Source of the DNA: Escherichia coli
GTDB lineage: Bacteria > Pseudomonadota > Gammaproteobacteria > Enterobacterales > Enterobacteriaceae
Length of the DNA: 64,000 nucleotides
Strand: one strand, 5' to 3'
Assembly (NCBI RefSeq): GCF_003334305.1
Contig: NZ_QOWS01000007.1
Each line of letters opens with the position of its first letter. Position 1 is the first letter of the stretch. The translations under genes and the position numbers were made by a program. Of the stretch, positions 1 to 10,610 are shown piece by piece. Below the pieces are notes generated by a model. The model saw only the letters and a list, made by a program, of their open reading frames with translations, did not search any database and had not been told where the DNA came from.

Positions 1-82
1 GCAGTTCGTTGGCTTTAGCCAGCACCTCTTTTACATCCTTAAACTGATATACATTGCCGAACAATGTGGTCTTTAGTTTCAT
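1..82 (-). CDS. eutB: Ethanolamine ammonia-lyase large subunit EutB, N-terminal 27 codons only (gene runs off the window start)
   Basis: Reverse complement of 1..82 translates MKLKTTLFGNVYQFKDVKEVLAKANEL, matching the EutB N-terminus; start codon 12 bp downstream of the eutA stop. Confidence 0.8.
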   Translation of the reverse strand, partial: MKLKTTLFGNVYQFKDVKEVLAKANEL

Positions 83-93
83 AAGTCGTTCCC

Positions 94-1497
94 TCAGGAA
101 GGAAATGCGAGTGATTTCACCGTCACCGGCACAACCGATCCGCCAAAAAGAGGCGTACCAATGTCGATATAGTCCCCCGCGCGGACAATCACTTCGTCAA
201 TGACTGCCAACGGGAGTTGTTGTAGCTGTGGGCGCAACAACATGCCCAGAGCTTTACCAAAGTCCTGCCCGGCCACCACCAGCAGGGGATGCGGATTCGG
301 AAAACGCGCGACGAAATCGACCAGCGCGTTGATGACCGTCAGTACCGCGGCGTAACGCACAGGCAGCGAGGCGGGAAGCGCCAGCACGTACGCGTCAGTT
401 TTGGGATCAAGATCCAGCTGAAGCAGCGCCTGTTGCCAGGCACTCACCAGATCCGTTTCATCAATCGGGATCGCCACCGGCAAATTGCGCAGCGGCAGTT
501 GTACGCCCTCCAGCCAGATTGTGCTGCCAGAGAGCGAAAGGGTATGTGCACCCGCGCCAATCACCGTGGCGCGTACGGTTTGCGCCGGAAACTGCACATT
601 CATCTCACGCAGGCGCGGATGGTCATGCAGCGCCGTTGCCAGAAGTGGGCCAATATCGGCAAAACAGAACGGGTCGGCGGGCTGGTGGCGATAACATTCG
701 CCCACGCCTCCAGAAAGCGTAATGATTTCGGGCGTAACACCTGCGGGCAGCAAACCGGTTTGCATCAATGCCTGCGCGAGCGGCGAAAGCGTTCCGTCAA
801 TCACTTCGACAATCAGCGCCGCCATCCGCCGGGTAACCTGCACCAGCTGCGCGCCGGTCAGCGAACGGGCGTCAGTGCCTGCACCGAAGCACTCATCCAC
901 AATCATCTGCCCCGGTTTATGAGCGTAAACCACGCGCCCCTGGCTGTCGGTTTCCAGCAGGCGACCACCGACGTTGAGACAGGCAGTGCCGCTGATTTTT
1001 CCGGCATCGAACAGGGCGTAGTTCGCGGTGCCACCGCCGATGTCGATATTCAGTACCCGACACAGCCGTTGTTCAGAAAGGGTTTGCGCCCCAGCTCCGT
1101 GACCGGCGATCACGGATTCGAGGTGCGGCCCGGCGCTGGCAACGACAAAATCCCCCAGCGATTGAGAGAGCGCCATCACCGCCGGGCGAGCATTGCGGGT
1201 TTTCGCGCTTTCACCGGTGATGATGATGGCACCAGAATCAACGCTTTCCGGCGCAATACCCGCAGCCTGATATTGCTCGAGTATTAAGGTTTTCAGTTCC
1301 GCTTCTTTTAAACCGCCCTGTTTATCGACAGGGGTAAAGAACACCGGACTTTGCCAGCTAATTTCGCGTTTAATGAATTCGTAGCGCGGCACCTGCGACA
1401 CCGCCGCACGGTTAACCAGCTCCAGGTGGGAGAAAATCACCTGGGTGGTGGTGGTGCCGATATCGATACCGACGCTCAATAGCTGGCGAGTGTTCAC
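94..1497 (-). CDS. eutA: Ethanolamine ammonia-lyase reactivating factor EutA
   Basis: 467-aa ORF, recognised EutA sequence; position in eut operon. Confidence 0.92.
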   Translation of the reverse strand: MNTRQLLSVGIDIGTTTTQVIFSHLELVNRAAVSQVPRYEFIKREISWQSPVFFTPVDKQGGLKEAELKTLILEQYQAAGIAPESVDSGAIIITGESAKTRNARPAVMALSQSLGDFVVASAGPHLESVIAGHGAGAQTLSEQRLCRVLNIDIGGGTANYALFDAGKISGTACLNVGGRLLETDSQGRVVYAHKPGQMIVDECFGAGTDARSLTGAQLVQVTRRMAALIVEVIDGTLSPLAQALMQTGLLPAGVTPEIITLSGGVGECYRHQPADPFCFADIGPLLATALHDHPRLREMNVQFPAQTVRATVIGAGAHTLSLSGSTIWLEGVQLPLRNLPVAIPIDETDLVSAWQQALLQLDLDPKTDAYVLALPASLPVRYAAVLTVINALVDFVARFPNPHPLLVVAGQDFGKALGMLLRPQLQQLPLAVIDEVIVRAGDYIDIGTPLFGGSVVPVTVKSLAFPS

Positions 1498-2720
1498 GAT
1501 TGTGCCTCCGCTTCGGTTTTAGTCGCGGTCGCGTCTTCTTTTGGCACCAGCATCATCGCCACGCCAATCGCCGTTACGCCGCCGATCAACTTGCCGACAA
1601 TCATCGGGAAGATCATGGCGTTCATGTTGGCAGCGGCGAAGCCTAAGTGGTCGCCCAGGGCGAAAGCAGCGGAAACGGCGAAGGCGCAGTTGATGACTTT
1701 GCCGCGGGTATCCATCTGCTTCATCATGCCGAACATCGGGATGTTGTTGGCAAGCGTTGCCACCATGCCGGCTGCCGCGATGTTGTTCATATTCAGTACT
1801 TTACCGACGCTCATCAGCGGTTTTTCAAACCAGCGAGTCAGCAGCAGCACCATTGGATACGCCCCTAACAGCACGCAGGAGATAGAACCGATAACTTCAA
1901 TGGCGCGCATCACTTCACCGGGTTTATCGCCAGGGGCCATAAAGATAGGATCCAGACCGGGGATCAGTTCCCAGCCAAGCAGGAATTTCACTACCGCAGC
2001 GGCAAGACCGAGGGTGATCAATGCAACGAGGAATTTGGCGAAGATCTGGAAGCCGTTGATCATTTTTTCCGGGATGAATTTCAGCCCCAGCGCCACCAGA
2101 ATCGCAACAATGATCACCGGGATCATGTTCATCAGGATCAGGGCGAAAGTGAATTCCACCGGCTGACCGTTGATCTGCACACCGGAGTACATAGCAACCA
2201 GACCACCAGCAATACAGCCAATCGGAATGGTCACAATGCCCGCCAGCACGCCGAGCGCCAGATAACGACGATCAGAAGGTTCGATAATGCCGAGCGCCAC
2301 CGGAATGGAAAACACAATCGTTGGCCCCATCATCGACCCGAGAATTAACCCAGAGTATAGCCACGCTGCTACGTCGCCGCCCGCCAGCTCTTTGGCGAGG
2401 AAGAAGCCGCCCATATCGCACGCCAGCAGCGTTCCGGCGAACATTGACGGGTTTGCGCCGAGCATTTCGTAAACCGGGATAATTACCGGCCCGAGTACGT
2501 GAGCCAGTACCGGTGCCAGCGCGGTCATACCGACCATCGCCAGACCCAGAGCGCCCATTGCCATAAAGCCTTCTTCGAACTGACCGCCAGATCCTTCGAT
2601 ACTTTTACCGAACTTACCGAGGAAACGAGCAGAACCGCCGAACTGCGACAGGATCCTGTCTACGGCAGCTATCAGCATAAAGAACATCATGATGTACATG
2701 ATGATTTCGTTAATTCCCAT
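1494..2720 (-). CDS. eutH: Ethanolamine permease EutH
   Basis: 408-aa highly hydrophobic ORF, recognised EutH; 4-bp overlap with eutA. Confidence 0.92.
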   Translation of the reverse strand: MGINEIIMYIMMFFMLIAAVDRILSQFGGSARFLGKFGKSIEGSGGQFEEGFMAMGALGLAMVGMTALAPVLAHVLGPVIIPVYEMLGANPSMFAGTLLACDMGGFFLAKELAGGDVAAWLYSGLILGSMMGPTIVFSIPVALGIIEPSDRRYLALGVLAGIVTIPIGCIAGGLVAMYSGVQINGQPVEFTFALILMNMIPVIIVAILVALGLKFIPEKMINGFQIFAKFLVALITLGLAAAVVKFLLGWELIPGLDPIFMAPGDKPGEVMRAIEVIGSISCVLLGAYPMVLLLTRWFEKPLMSVGKVLNMNNIAAAGMVATLANNIPMFGMMKQMDTRGKVINCAFAVSAAFALGDHLGFAAANMNAMIFPMIVGKLIGGVTAIGVAMMLVPKEDATATKTEAEAQS

Positions 2721-2749
2721 CGCCTTTACTCCCTGTTAGTTGTTATTTA

Positions 2750-2836
<87 letters not shown>

Positions 2837-4024
2837 TTATTGCGCCGCTGCGTACAAGCCGACAATCTGCTCCAGGCTGGCGGTACGCGGGTTGCTGCGC
2901 AGACAAATATCTTCCTGCGCGGCCTGCGCCCATGCACCGTAATGCGCAGATGTCGCGCCAACATCGCCCAGTCGTTTACCAATCCCAACTTCCGCAATCA
3001 GCTCACTTACCGCGTTAATAGCGTCATGATCGTCGGATTTTTTAGTTCGCAGTGCCCGACCAATCTGACTAAAGCGTTCACGACAAACCATCCGGTTAAA
3101 TTCCATCACTGTTGGCAGCAACATGGCGTTCGCCAGACCGTGCGGAATATGCAGCGCCGCGCCCGGCTGATGCGCCATCGCGTGGCACAACCCAAGACCC
3201 GCACTGGAAAACGCCATTCCCGCCATACATGAAGCCAGCAACATGCTCTCGCGCGCGGCAAGGTCGTGACCGTAGCCCACCGCTTTCGGCAGCGATTTGC
3301 CAATCATCGCAATGGCACCAATCGCCAGACTGTCGGTAAACGGTGTAGCGTTCAGGGCGCTGTATGCTTCAATGGCATGGGTTAACGCATCAATGCCGGT
3401 CATCGCCGTGACATGCGACGGCACACCTTCGGTCAATGCGGCGTCGAGGATCGCCACATCCGGCATCAGCGAGGCATGGGCTAACACCTGCTTGCGCCCG
3501 CTCACCGCGTCGATAATCACCGTTACATTGGTGGTTTCAGAGCCGGTTCCGGCGGTAGTTGGAATGGCAATCAGCGGCAAGCGCGGTTGCAGAACGCTGG
3601 TTTCTGACATCTCTGCCAGCGTGCTATCCGGGTTCGTCACCAGCAACGCCACGGCTTTCGCCGCATCCAGCACCGAGCCGCCGCCAAATGCGATCACCCC
3701 GTCACAACCTGACTCACGCAACTGCGCCACGGCTGCACACACGTCGGTAATGCACGGTTCGCCCACCGGACATAGCCAGAGCGTCATGGCGATACCTTTA
3801 ACGGCCAGGCTACGCGTCAGCCCGGCGGTCATCCCTGCCTGATGCAAAAAGCTGTCTGCCATCACGAACAGATGTTTCAGCCCACGCGTTTGCGCTTGCT
3901 GTCCGCAACTGCTCACCGAGCCCGGACCGCAAAGCGTCACCGGTGGAACGCTAAATGTTTTTACCCGTTGCAGATTCAGGGTATCGAACGCCTGAAAGAG
4001 CGCGGTCTGCAATTCATTTTGCAT
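2837..4024 (-). CDS. eutG: Ethanolamine utilisation alcohol dehydrogenase EutG (iron-containing ADH family)
   Basis: Track ORF is 404 aa; start chosen at internal MQNELQTALFQ (395 aa), which overlaps the eutJ stop in typical operon fashion. Confidence 0.88.
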   Translation of the reverse strand: MQNELQTALFQAFDTLNLQRVKTFSVPPVTLCGPGSVSSCGQQAQTRGLKHLFVMADSFLHQAGMTAGLTRSLAVKGIAMTLWLCPVGEPCITDVCAAVAQLRESGCDGVIAFGGGSVLDAAKAVALLVTNPDSTLAEMSETSVLQPRLPLIAIPTTAGTGSETTNVTVIIDAVSGRKQVLAHASLMPDVAILDAALTEGVPSHVTAMTGIDALTHAIEAYSALNATPFTDSLAIGAIAMIGKSLPKAVGYGHDLAARESMLLASCMAGMAFSSAGLGLCHAMAHQPGAALHIPHGLANAMLLPTVMEFNRMVCRERFSQIGRALRTKKSDDHDAINAVSELIAEVGIGKRLGDVGATSAHYGAWAQAAQEDICLRSNPRTASLEQIVGLYAAAQ

Positions 4025-4850
4025 ATAGCCCCTCCGCTTTCTCTCGCCCACTACTGGCGATCGCCAGCGGGGTCATAAACAAACTGTGCTGCGGTAAATG
4101 CACCTGTAACGCCGGGAATTGTTTGCGAAACAGTTCCGCCACGCCCGGTTGCATACAAGAGCCGCCCGCCAGCCATAAATCAGTAATGCCCTGCCCTTCA
4201 ATATGCCGGGCGACAATGTCCGCCATTTTTTCGTACACCGGTTTCACCGCGGGCCAAATCTCGTCACCATGACCGCGCTTGTACTGCTCTGCCTCTTCCA
4301 GCGAAATACGACGATTTCCGGCGAGAGTCAGAGAGATGTGATGTCCGCCGGTGGCTTCATCCGCCGAGTACGTCACCTTGCCCTTTTTCACGATGGCAAT
4401 GCCGGTAGTGCCGCCGCCGATATCCACTACACCGGCGTTGTCCAGTTGCAGCAGATCCGCGACTGCGGTTGGCTCATCCAGCACATGGCTCACTTCCAGC
4501 CCGGCAGATTCCAGCACGTTGATGGAAATACGCGGGTCCGTACCTGGAGGAAATGAAGTCGCCGCATGGCTAAAACGAAGACCGAATTGCTGCTCAAGAG
4601 TGTCGAGATGGCGACGAACAATGGTGACCGCACCGAAGAAATCCCAGACGATGCCGTCGCGGACCACATCGGCCCAGTCGAGGCATACCGCCACCGGCTG
4701 ACCGTCGCGGTCAACAACCATCGACACCACATCGCAGGTGCCCAGATCCACCCCCAGCCACAGCGGAGATTCCGTCGCGGCAGGCGTCTGGTTACACAGC
4801 GTTGCCGCCGTTTGCAGACGTGGGGTGAGCCATTGTTCGTCGTGCGCCAT
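4014..4850 (-). CDS. eutJ: Ethanolamine utilisation chaperone-like protein EutJ (actin/Hsp70 fold)
   Basis: 278-aa ORF, recognised EutJ. Confidence 0.9.
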   Translation of the reverse strand: MAHDEQWLTPRLQTAATLCNQTPAATESPLWLGVDLGTCDVVSMVVDRDGQPVAVCLDWADVVRDGIVWDFFGAVTIVRRHLDTLEQQFGLRFSHAATSFPPGTDPRISINVLESAGLEVSHVLDEPTAVADLLQLDNAGVVDIGGGTTGIAIVKKGKVTYSADEATGGHHISLTLAGNRRISLEEAEQYKRGHGDEIWPAVKPVYEKMADIVARHIEGQGITDLWLAGGSCMQPGVAELFRKQFPALQVHLPQHSLFMTPLAIASSGREKAEGLYAK

Positions 4851-4860
4851 CGGTTACTCC

Positions 4861-6264
4861 TTAAACAATGCGAAACGCATCGACTAATACACAGCGACGC
4901 AGACGGACAAACGTCCGCGCGCTGGTTACCCCTTCACCGGTTGGCGTGGTGATGGTCATGGTGGTCCAGCCTTCCCCGCCCAGCCCCAGCCCGGCAATGC
5001 ACGGTCCGTTCTTAACGAAAATGCTGGTATCAATGGCGTTCGCCATCTGGTTCATGTTTTCGATATTGCGCGAGTGCATTGCCGCCGTGTGGTGGCAACC
5101 GCCCTCCAGTTTCACCGCCAGCGCAATGGCATCCGCCACGTTGGCGACGCGCACGACGGGCAGCACCGGCATCATCAGTTCGGTCACGGCAAACGGATGT
5201 TCTGCAGTGGTTTCCACAAACAGCAAACGCGTTTCTTGCGGCACGTTCAGGCCGATTGCCGCCGCGATTTTCGCCGCATCGCGACCAACCCAGTCACGGC
5301 TGACGGTGCCTTTTCCGCGCTCGTCGATATTTTTCAGCAACACCGGTTGCAGCTGCTGCGCCTGTTCTGCGGTCAGTTTCACCGCGTGCTGGCCTTCCAT
5401 CAGACGCATCAGTTCATCGGCTACGCTATCAACAACAATCAGTACCTTTTCGTCGGCACAAATGATGTTGTTATCGAAAGAAGCGCCTTTGACGATGGAC
5501 TGAGCGGCACGGGCGAGGTCGGCGGTTTCATCCACCACTACCGGCGGGTTGCCAGCGCCTGCGGCAATCAGACGTTTATTGGTGTGTTTACGCGCCGCTT
5601 CTACTACCGCTTCGCCGCCGGTTACCACCAGCAGGCCGATACCCGGAAACTTGAACAAGCGTTGCGCGGTTTCGATATCCGGATTTGCCACAGTAACCAG
5701 TAAGTTTTCCGGCCCACCTGCGGCAACAATCGCCTGGTTGAGCAGCGTAATCGCCCGCTGGGAGACTTTTTTCGCCGCCGGATGCGGGGCAAAAATGACG
5801 CTGTTGCCCGCGGCAATCAGGCTGATGGCGTTATTAATTACGGTTGCCGCCGGGTTAGTGGACGGAGTTACCGAAGCCACCACGCCCCAGGGTGCGTTTT
5901 CAATTAGGGTCAGGCCGTTGTCGCCAGTCAGCACTTGCGGAGAGAGGCACTCAACGCCTGGTGTGCCGCGCGCCTGAGCGACGTTTTTTGCAAATTTATC
6001 TTCAACGCGCCCCATGCCGGTTTCACTGACGGCAAGTTCCGCTAAATCTCTGGCGTGTTTTTCGCCTGCTTCACGAATGGCAGCAATGGCTAACTGGCGC
6101 ATTGCCACGCTTTTTAACCCTTGCTGGGCGACTTTGGCTGCCGCAACGGCGTCATCCAGGGACGCGAAAACGCCCATCTCATGAACGGCGGCGGACGGCG
6201 TGTCACTGCTTTGCATTTTCAGCAGTACCGCTTTCACCACCTGTTCAATATCCTGTTGATTCAT
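4861..6264 (-). CDS. eutE: Acetaldehyde dehydrogenase (acetylating) EutE
   Basis: 467-aa ORF, aldehyde dehydrogenase family, recognised EutE. Confidence 0.92.
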   Translation of the reverse strand: MNQQDIEQVVKAVLLKMQSSDTPSAAVHEMGVFASLDDAVAAAKVAQQGLKSVAMRQLAIAAIREAGEKHARDLAELAVSETGMGRVEDKFAKNVAQARGTPGVECLSPQVLTGDNGLTLIENAPWGVVASVTPSTNPAATVINNAISLIAAGNSVIFAPHPAAKKVSQRAITLLNQAIVAAGGPENLLVTVANPDIETAQRLFKFPGIGLLVVTGGEAVVEAARKHTNKRLIAAGAGNPPVVVDETADLARAAQSIVKGASFDNNIICADEKVLIVVDSVADELMRLMEGQHAVKLTAEQAQQLQPVLLKNIDERGKGTVSRDWVGRDAAKIAAAIGLNVPQETRLLFVETTAEHPFAVTELMMPVLPVVRVANVADAIALAVKLEGGCHHTAAMHSRNIENMNQMANAIDTSIFVKNGPCIAGLGLGGEGWTTMTITTPTGEGVTSARTFVRLRRCVLVDAFRIV

Positions 6265-6275
6265 GATGTTCTGCC

Positions 6276-6563
6276 TTATTTGTGGAAAATTACCTGACCG
6301 CCAGACACCACCTCATCGACAATGCCAATCACGCACAGATCGACCGGTGACGTTTCGCTTTTATGCGCCTGGCGGGCGGAACTGCCACTCACCAGTAACA
6401 CCCACTCCCCGGTTCCCGCGCCAATATTGTCGATGGCGACGGCGCATTGCCCGTCAGGATTACCTTGTGGATCAATCATTTCCACCATCAGCAATTTGTC
6501 ATGCGCCAGTCCGTGATGGCGTACGGTACAAACAATTTGTCCAGTGACGACTGCCAGTTTCAT
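6276..6563 (-). CDS. eutN: Microcompartment vertex (pentamer) protein EutN
   Basis: 95-aa ORF, recognised EutN. Confidence 0.9.
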   Translation of the reverse strand: MKLAVVTGQIVCTVRHHGLAHDKLLMVEMIDPQGNPDGQCAVAIDNIGAGTGEWVLLVSGSSARQAHKSETSPVDLCVIGIVDEVVSGGQVIFHK

Positions 6564-6669
6564 ACCCGCCTCCGTGGCGTATTTCAGGTAAAAGCTCCCC
6601 CTACCCTCCGCAGAAGGTAAAATGAAAAAGGAGAGAGCGTGACGCCCGAATCGACGTCACACAGGGTGA

Positions 6670-6963
6670 TTACAGGTTGCTGCTATCGCCTTTCAGGCCG
6701 ATCGGGAAGACTTCTTCCAGGTCGCCGTGCGGACGCGGGATAACGTGTACAGATACCAGCTCGCCGATACGCTGTGCCGCTGCGGCACCTGCATCGGTCG
6801 CGGCTTTACAGGCTGCAACATCACCACGAACCATGGCAGTACACAGGCCGCCGCCAATCTGCTTAACACCAACCAGCTTGACGCGCGCAGCTTTCACCAT
6901 CGCGTCAGAAGCCTCAATCAGTGCAACCAGGCCCCGGGTTTCGATCATTCCTAATGCTTCCAT
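6670..6963 (-). CDS. eutM: Microcompartment shell protein EutM (BMC domain)
   Basis: Track ORF is 111 aa; start chosen at [22 protein letters not shown] (97 aa), canonical BMC-domain N-terminus. Confidence 0.9.
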   Translation of the reverse strand: MEALGMIETRGLVALIEASDAMVKAARVKLVGVKQIGGGLCTAMVRGDVAACKAATDAGAAAAQRIGELVSVHVIPRPHGDLEEVFPIGLKGDSSNL

Positions 6964-7001
6964 TGTGCTTTCCTCTTTATCAGGGTCCAGAACGGGACCG
7001 T

Positions 7002-8018
7002 TCATTCAACCAGTGTTTGTAAACTGCTTTCGCGGTTCACTTCTGTCTGACGCGGCACAGCTGCCACCAGCGCCAGCTCGATAATTTCCTGCACGCTACA
7101 ACCACGAGAGAGATCGTGCATCGGCGCGGCAAGTCCTTGTATCAGTGGCCCGACGGCACGATATCCGCCGAGTCGTTGTGCGATTTTGTAACCAATATTT
7201 CCGGCTTCCAGCGACGGAAAAACCATCACATTGGCCTTGCCCTGTAGCGGGCTGGCAGGCGCTTTTTGCGCCGCCACTTCCGGCACGAAGGCGGCGTCAA
7301 ACTGTAACTCGCCATCCACCACCAGCTTTGGTGCGCGCTCACGGACGATTTCTGTCGCCTGCTGGACGTTAGCAACACAGGGGTGACGGGCGCTACCATT
7401 GCTGGAAAACGACAGCATCGCCACGCGCGGCTCTTCTCCGGTGATGGCGCGCCAGGTTTCGGCACTGGCAAGCGCGATATCCGCCAGCTGCGCCGCCGTC
7501 GGCTGTGGCACCACGCTGCAATCGGCAAAGCCCAACGCCGGGCCGCTGTACTGTGGCAACATCAGGAAAATGGAAGAGAGCGTTTTACAGCCTGGCTGCA
7601 AGCCGATAATGCGTAATCCGGCACGCAGCACATTTGCCGTGGAAGAGAGGTTGCCCGCGATACAGACATCCGCTTTACCGGCGCTGACCATTGCTGCGGC
7701 GAACATCAGAGGGTCGGTAAGTTTTTCCAGCGCATCCGGCGGCGTTTTTTCGCCCGCGCGGGCCAGCCAGCGATGAGCAAATTCTTCCCGCATTGCGAGG
7801 TTGCCATGCGGATCAATCACCTGTAGCCCGTCCATCGCCACGCCGTGACTGAGCGCAAACTGACGAAGTTCAAACGGATTGGCGACCAGAATGGGCGTTG
7901 CCAGACCTTGTTGATGTAAATATTGCGCGGCTTTCAGCACACGTTGGTCTAACGCATCCGGAAAAACCACTCTGGCGGGCGCTCGCAACGCCAGTTCACG
8001 ACAACGTTCAATAATCAT
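7002..8018 (-). CDS. eutD: Phosphotransacetylase EutD
   Basis: 338-aa ORF, recognised EutD. Confidence 0.92.
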
Positions 8019-8818
8019 TGCGTTTCCCCCAGTCGTTGTTGGATCTGCTTCACCGTTAGCGGCTGCTTCGTTACGCTCAGGATCATCATCACGTAGACCG
8101 TGCTGGAAAGGCGGTTCAGCGCCTGCAAAATGTCCGGGCGTAATACTTCAAAGCTGCGGGTGATAAACACCTGCGCCGCTACGGTTTCGGTTTCCCGCAC
8201 TTTGGTACGTAGCAGATTGAGCAACGCCGCATCGCGCCCGTGGCTGGCTTCCGGCACCAGATGATCGTGGTCGAGATAGCGCAGCGGCTGGTGAGAAAGT
8301 CGATGCAGATCTTCGTCAGAAAGCCCGACAATCGCCTGGCAGCCCAGCGGTTCACCCAGCGCATCGGCGCGCATAATGTTGCCAAGACGCGAACGGATAT
8401 CCGCCAGCCACGGCTGCCACGGTTCCGCCAGTTCAATTTGCAGCCACACTGCCAGCGCAATGGTGCTGTCGAGAACCGCGCGAAAACCCAGACGCGGATC
8501 GCTTTTGGCGACCATTTTTTCCGCCGACAGGTGAGTCAGCGTATCCGGCTTTTTTGCCACCGGCTGGCGGCACAGTTCGCAGCACGCCTGCGGATGTTCA
8601 TCGCTACTGGTCAGCCCATGAACGGGCTGCGGCTGCTGCTGTTCATCGTCAACAAACAGGCGGCCCTGCTCGTCAATAAACTTGATGCGCAGATGGCGGC
8701 TTTCCAGTAACTCCCGGGCAGAGGGCGTCAGGCGACTGTCCGCAGGGAGATGGATCTCTGCGCCTTCGCTGAGCGTATGGTTCGCTCTTAGCCATGCTTC
8801 GGTGATGAAATCTTTCAT
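8015..8818 (-). CDS. eutT: Cobalamin adenosyltransferase EutT
   Basis: 267-aa ORF, recognised EutT; 4-bp overlaps with flanking genes. Confidence 0.9.
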
Positions 8819-9516
8819 AGGGATTGCCAGTTAGCCGGCCAGGCGACATACAGGAATTTCACGCTGGATGTCGTACCAAATTCGATACTGGAGCCTTTCG
8901 GGATAAACATCACGTCACCCGCTTTGGCGATCATGGTTTCGCCTTCGTGGCGAACATGCAGCTCCCCTTCCAGCACCATGTCGATTTCGTCGTAGTTCAG
9001 GGTCCACGGGAAGAATGCGTTCTCCCACTGCATAAAACCAGCGGCCATGCTGCTGCCGTCGTCTCCGGTCACAAGATCAGTCAAGCCCACGCAATGCGGC
9101 TCTGCGCCGTCGAAACGACCAAACTTGACGCTGCTGCCATCAATCACTTTGATGCCGCCTTTGCCGGTCACCGATTTGAAGCTCGGCTGCATTGCGCCCT
9201 GCTCCAGCGACTGTTTTTCCTTCATCACTTTTTCCATCAGCTGTGCGACCAGGCTTTCGGTAAACTGGCCTTCCGGCAGCTGGGCAATGATGGTTTCGCG
9301 GATGCGCTGGCTTTCGGTTTTGTCGGCTGGCACGCTGGCGGGCACGGACGCCGTTACCGGGATCGATTCATCACATTCGGTGATGGTAAAACCCAGTAGA
9401 TCCGCCACTTCACGGGCTTCCGGGGTAATAATGCTGGCGCGCAGAACCACGGACATTGCCTGTTCGCCGCGCGCGTGTGCTTCACGAATATCATTCGCTG
9501 TGATGAGTTTTTTCAC
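8815..9516 (-). CDS. eutQ: Ethanolamine utilisation protein EutQ (cupin, acetate kinase activity)
   Basis: 233-aa ORF, recognised EutQ. Confidence 0.9.
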   Translation of the reverse strand: MKKLITANDIREAHARGEQAMSVVLRASIITPEAREVADLLGFTITECDESIPVTASVPASVPADKTESQRIRETIIAQLPEGQFTESLVAQLMEKVMKEKQSLEQGAMQPSFKSVTGKGGIKVIDGSSVKFGRFDGAEPHCVGLTDLVTGDDGSSMAAGFMQWENAFFPWTLNYDEIDMVLEGELHVRHEGETMIAKAGDVMFIPKGSSIEFGTTSSVKFLYVAWPANWQSL

Positions 9517-9970
9517 CTGCTTCCTCCTGTTTGGTGAGAGATGCCAGATAATCCACCAGTTGCTGCACGCTTTGCGGGTCGTGGCTGTTTAGCTCGAAAA
9601 TCGGCTCTTCGAAACCCGTCTCAAGCAATAACTTTCGCGTTGCGGCGACGTCAGCATCTGGCATGTCCGTTTTACTGATGACGGCGATTTGCCGTTTGCT
9701 GACGCCAATATCCAGCAACCCGGCAGGCAACCGACTTTCCGGGTCATTTGCGCCATGGACATAGATCAGCATGTCTACATCCTGTAGCGTGGTAATTAAG
9801 GCGTGATACCAGCGGGGATGGCTAAAATATTCACCCGGCGTATCAATATCGCCCTTATCATTAAATTCCACGGCCTGTGTTTTTCTGGCGAGGGTATAAT
9901 TCCCCTGCAACGCATTAAATAACGTTGTTTTTCCTGCCCCGACGGTACCCACAAACGCAATTCGTTTCAT
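9491..9970 (-). CDS. eutP: Ethanolamine utilisation protein EutP (P-loop NTPase)
   Basis: 159-aa ORF with Walker A GTVGAGKTT, recognised EutP. Confidence 0.9.
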   Translation of the reverse strand: MKRIAFVGTVGAGKTTLFNALQGNYTLARKTQAVEFNDKGDIDTPGEYFSHPRWYHALITTLQDVDMLIYVHGANDPESRLPAGLLDIGVSKRQIAVISKTDMPDADVAATRKLLLETGFEEPIFELNSHDPQSVQQLVDYLASLTKQEEAGEKTHHSE

Positions 9971-9982
9971 GAATGCCTCGTA

Positions 9983-10318
9983 TTAACTTTTGGTCATTTC
10001 ACAAAGCGTATAATTTAATAAGCGACCTAAACCGCTGACGGTTTGTGATAACGCTTCTTCTACTGCGCCCACCGAGCCATAAATCACCAATGCACCGCTG
10101 AAGCGGTCGAGAAAACCGATATGCACATCAGCGGCTTTCAGCGCTAAATCACCGGCGATCATCGCCGTTTCGCCGGGAGTTAGCGTCATAATGCCAATTG
10201 CGCCCGCATCCGGAACGCCGATTTTCTTCGCCAGTTCCTCACCGGGATGCGCGATGAGATGCGCCAGTGTGACCTGTTTGCCGGGCACAAATTCCTGAAT
10301 GATGCGTTCTTTATCCAT
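9983..10318 (-). CDS. eutS: Microcompartment shell protein EutS
   Basis: Track ORF is 135 aa; start chosen at [15 protein letters not shown] (111 aa). Confidence 0.87.
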
Positions 10319-10567
10319 GAGTCGCCGCCTGTGAAAAACTTTCGTGTATCGTGACAATTTTTCGTCAGAGTAAATAACAAAATTCGGCAAGCGCGTTTAA
10401 AAGGTGAGGTAGATCACTAAGAATGGAGAGATATTCGCTGTGGTGCATAAACTTTCATATGCAACGCATGAATATAAATAAAATAATATCGAGATATTAT
10501 ATAGACTGCTTTTTTTATTATTCGCAAACTCAGTAATAAGCTTTACTAATATATTGCAGCCAAACCG

Positions 10568-10591
10568 CTTACCCTGAATATTCAGGGTAAG
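10568..10591 (-). terminator. Perfect 24-bp hairpin just downstream of maeB stop; possible maeB terminator, no strong U-tract
   Basis: cttaccctgaatattcagggtaag is a perfect inverted repeat 20 bp past the maeB stop. Confidence 0.3.
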
Positions 10592-10610
10592 CGTGAGAGT
10601 TAAAAAAGAA

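Noticed and set aside
289-1287. 332-aa Arg-rich ORF on the plus strand, antisense to eutA (similar antisense ORFs appear inside most large genes in the track)
   Set aside because: Fully nested antisense to a well-supported gene; Arg/Gly/Ala-rich, low-complexity composition typical of out-of-frame or antisense translation of GC-rich coding DNA; no RBS or conservation rationale.
2837-4051. N-terminally extended track ORFs for eutG and, likewise, eutM, eutS, tktB, nudK, ypfN, ypfH, dapA, hyfA, hyfC, hyfJ, uraA, upp, ppk and ppx
   Set aside because: In each case an internal start reproduces the recognised protein N-terminus, has better SD spacing, or gives the expected operon overlap; the upstream extension is an artefact of longest-ORF calling.
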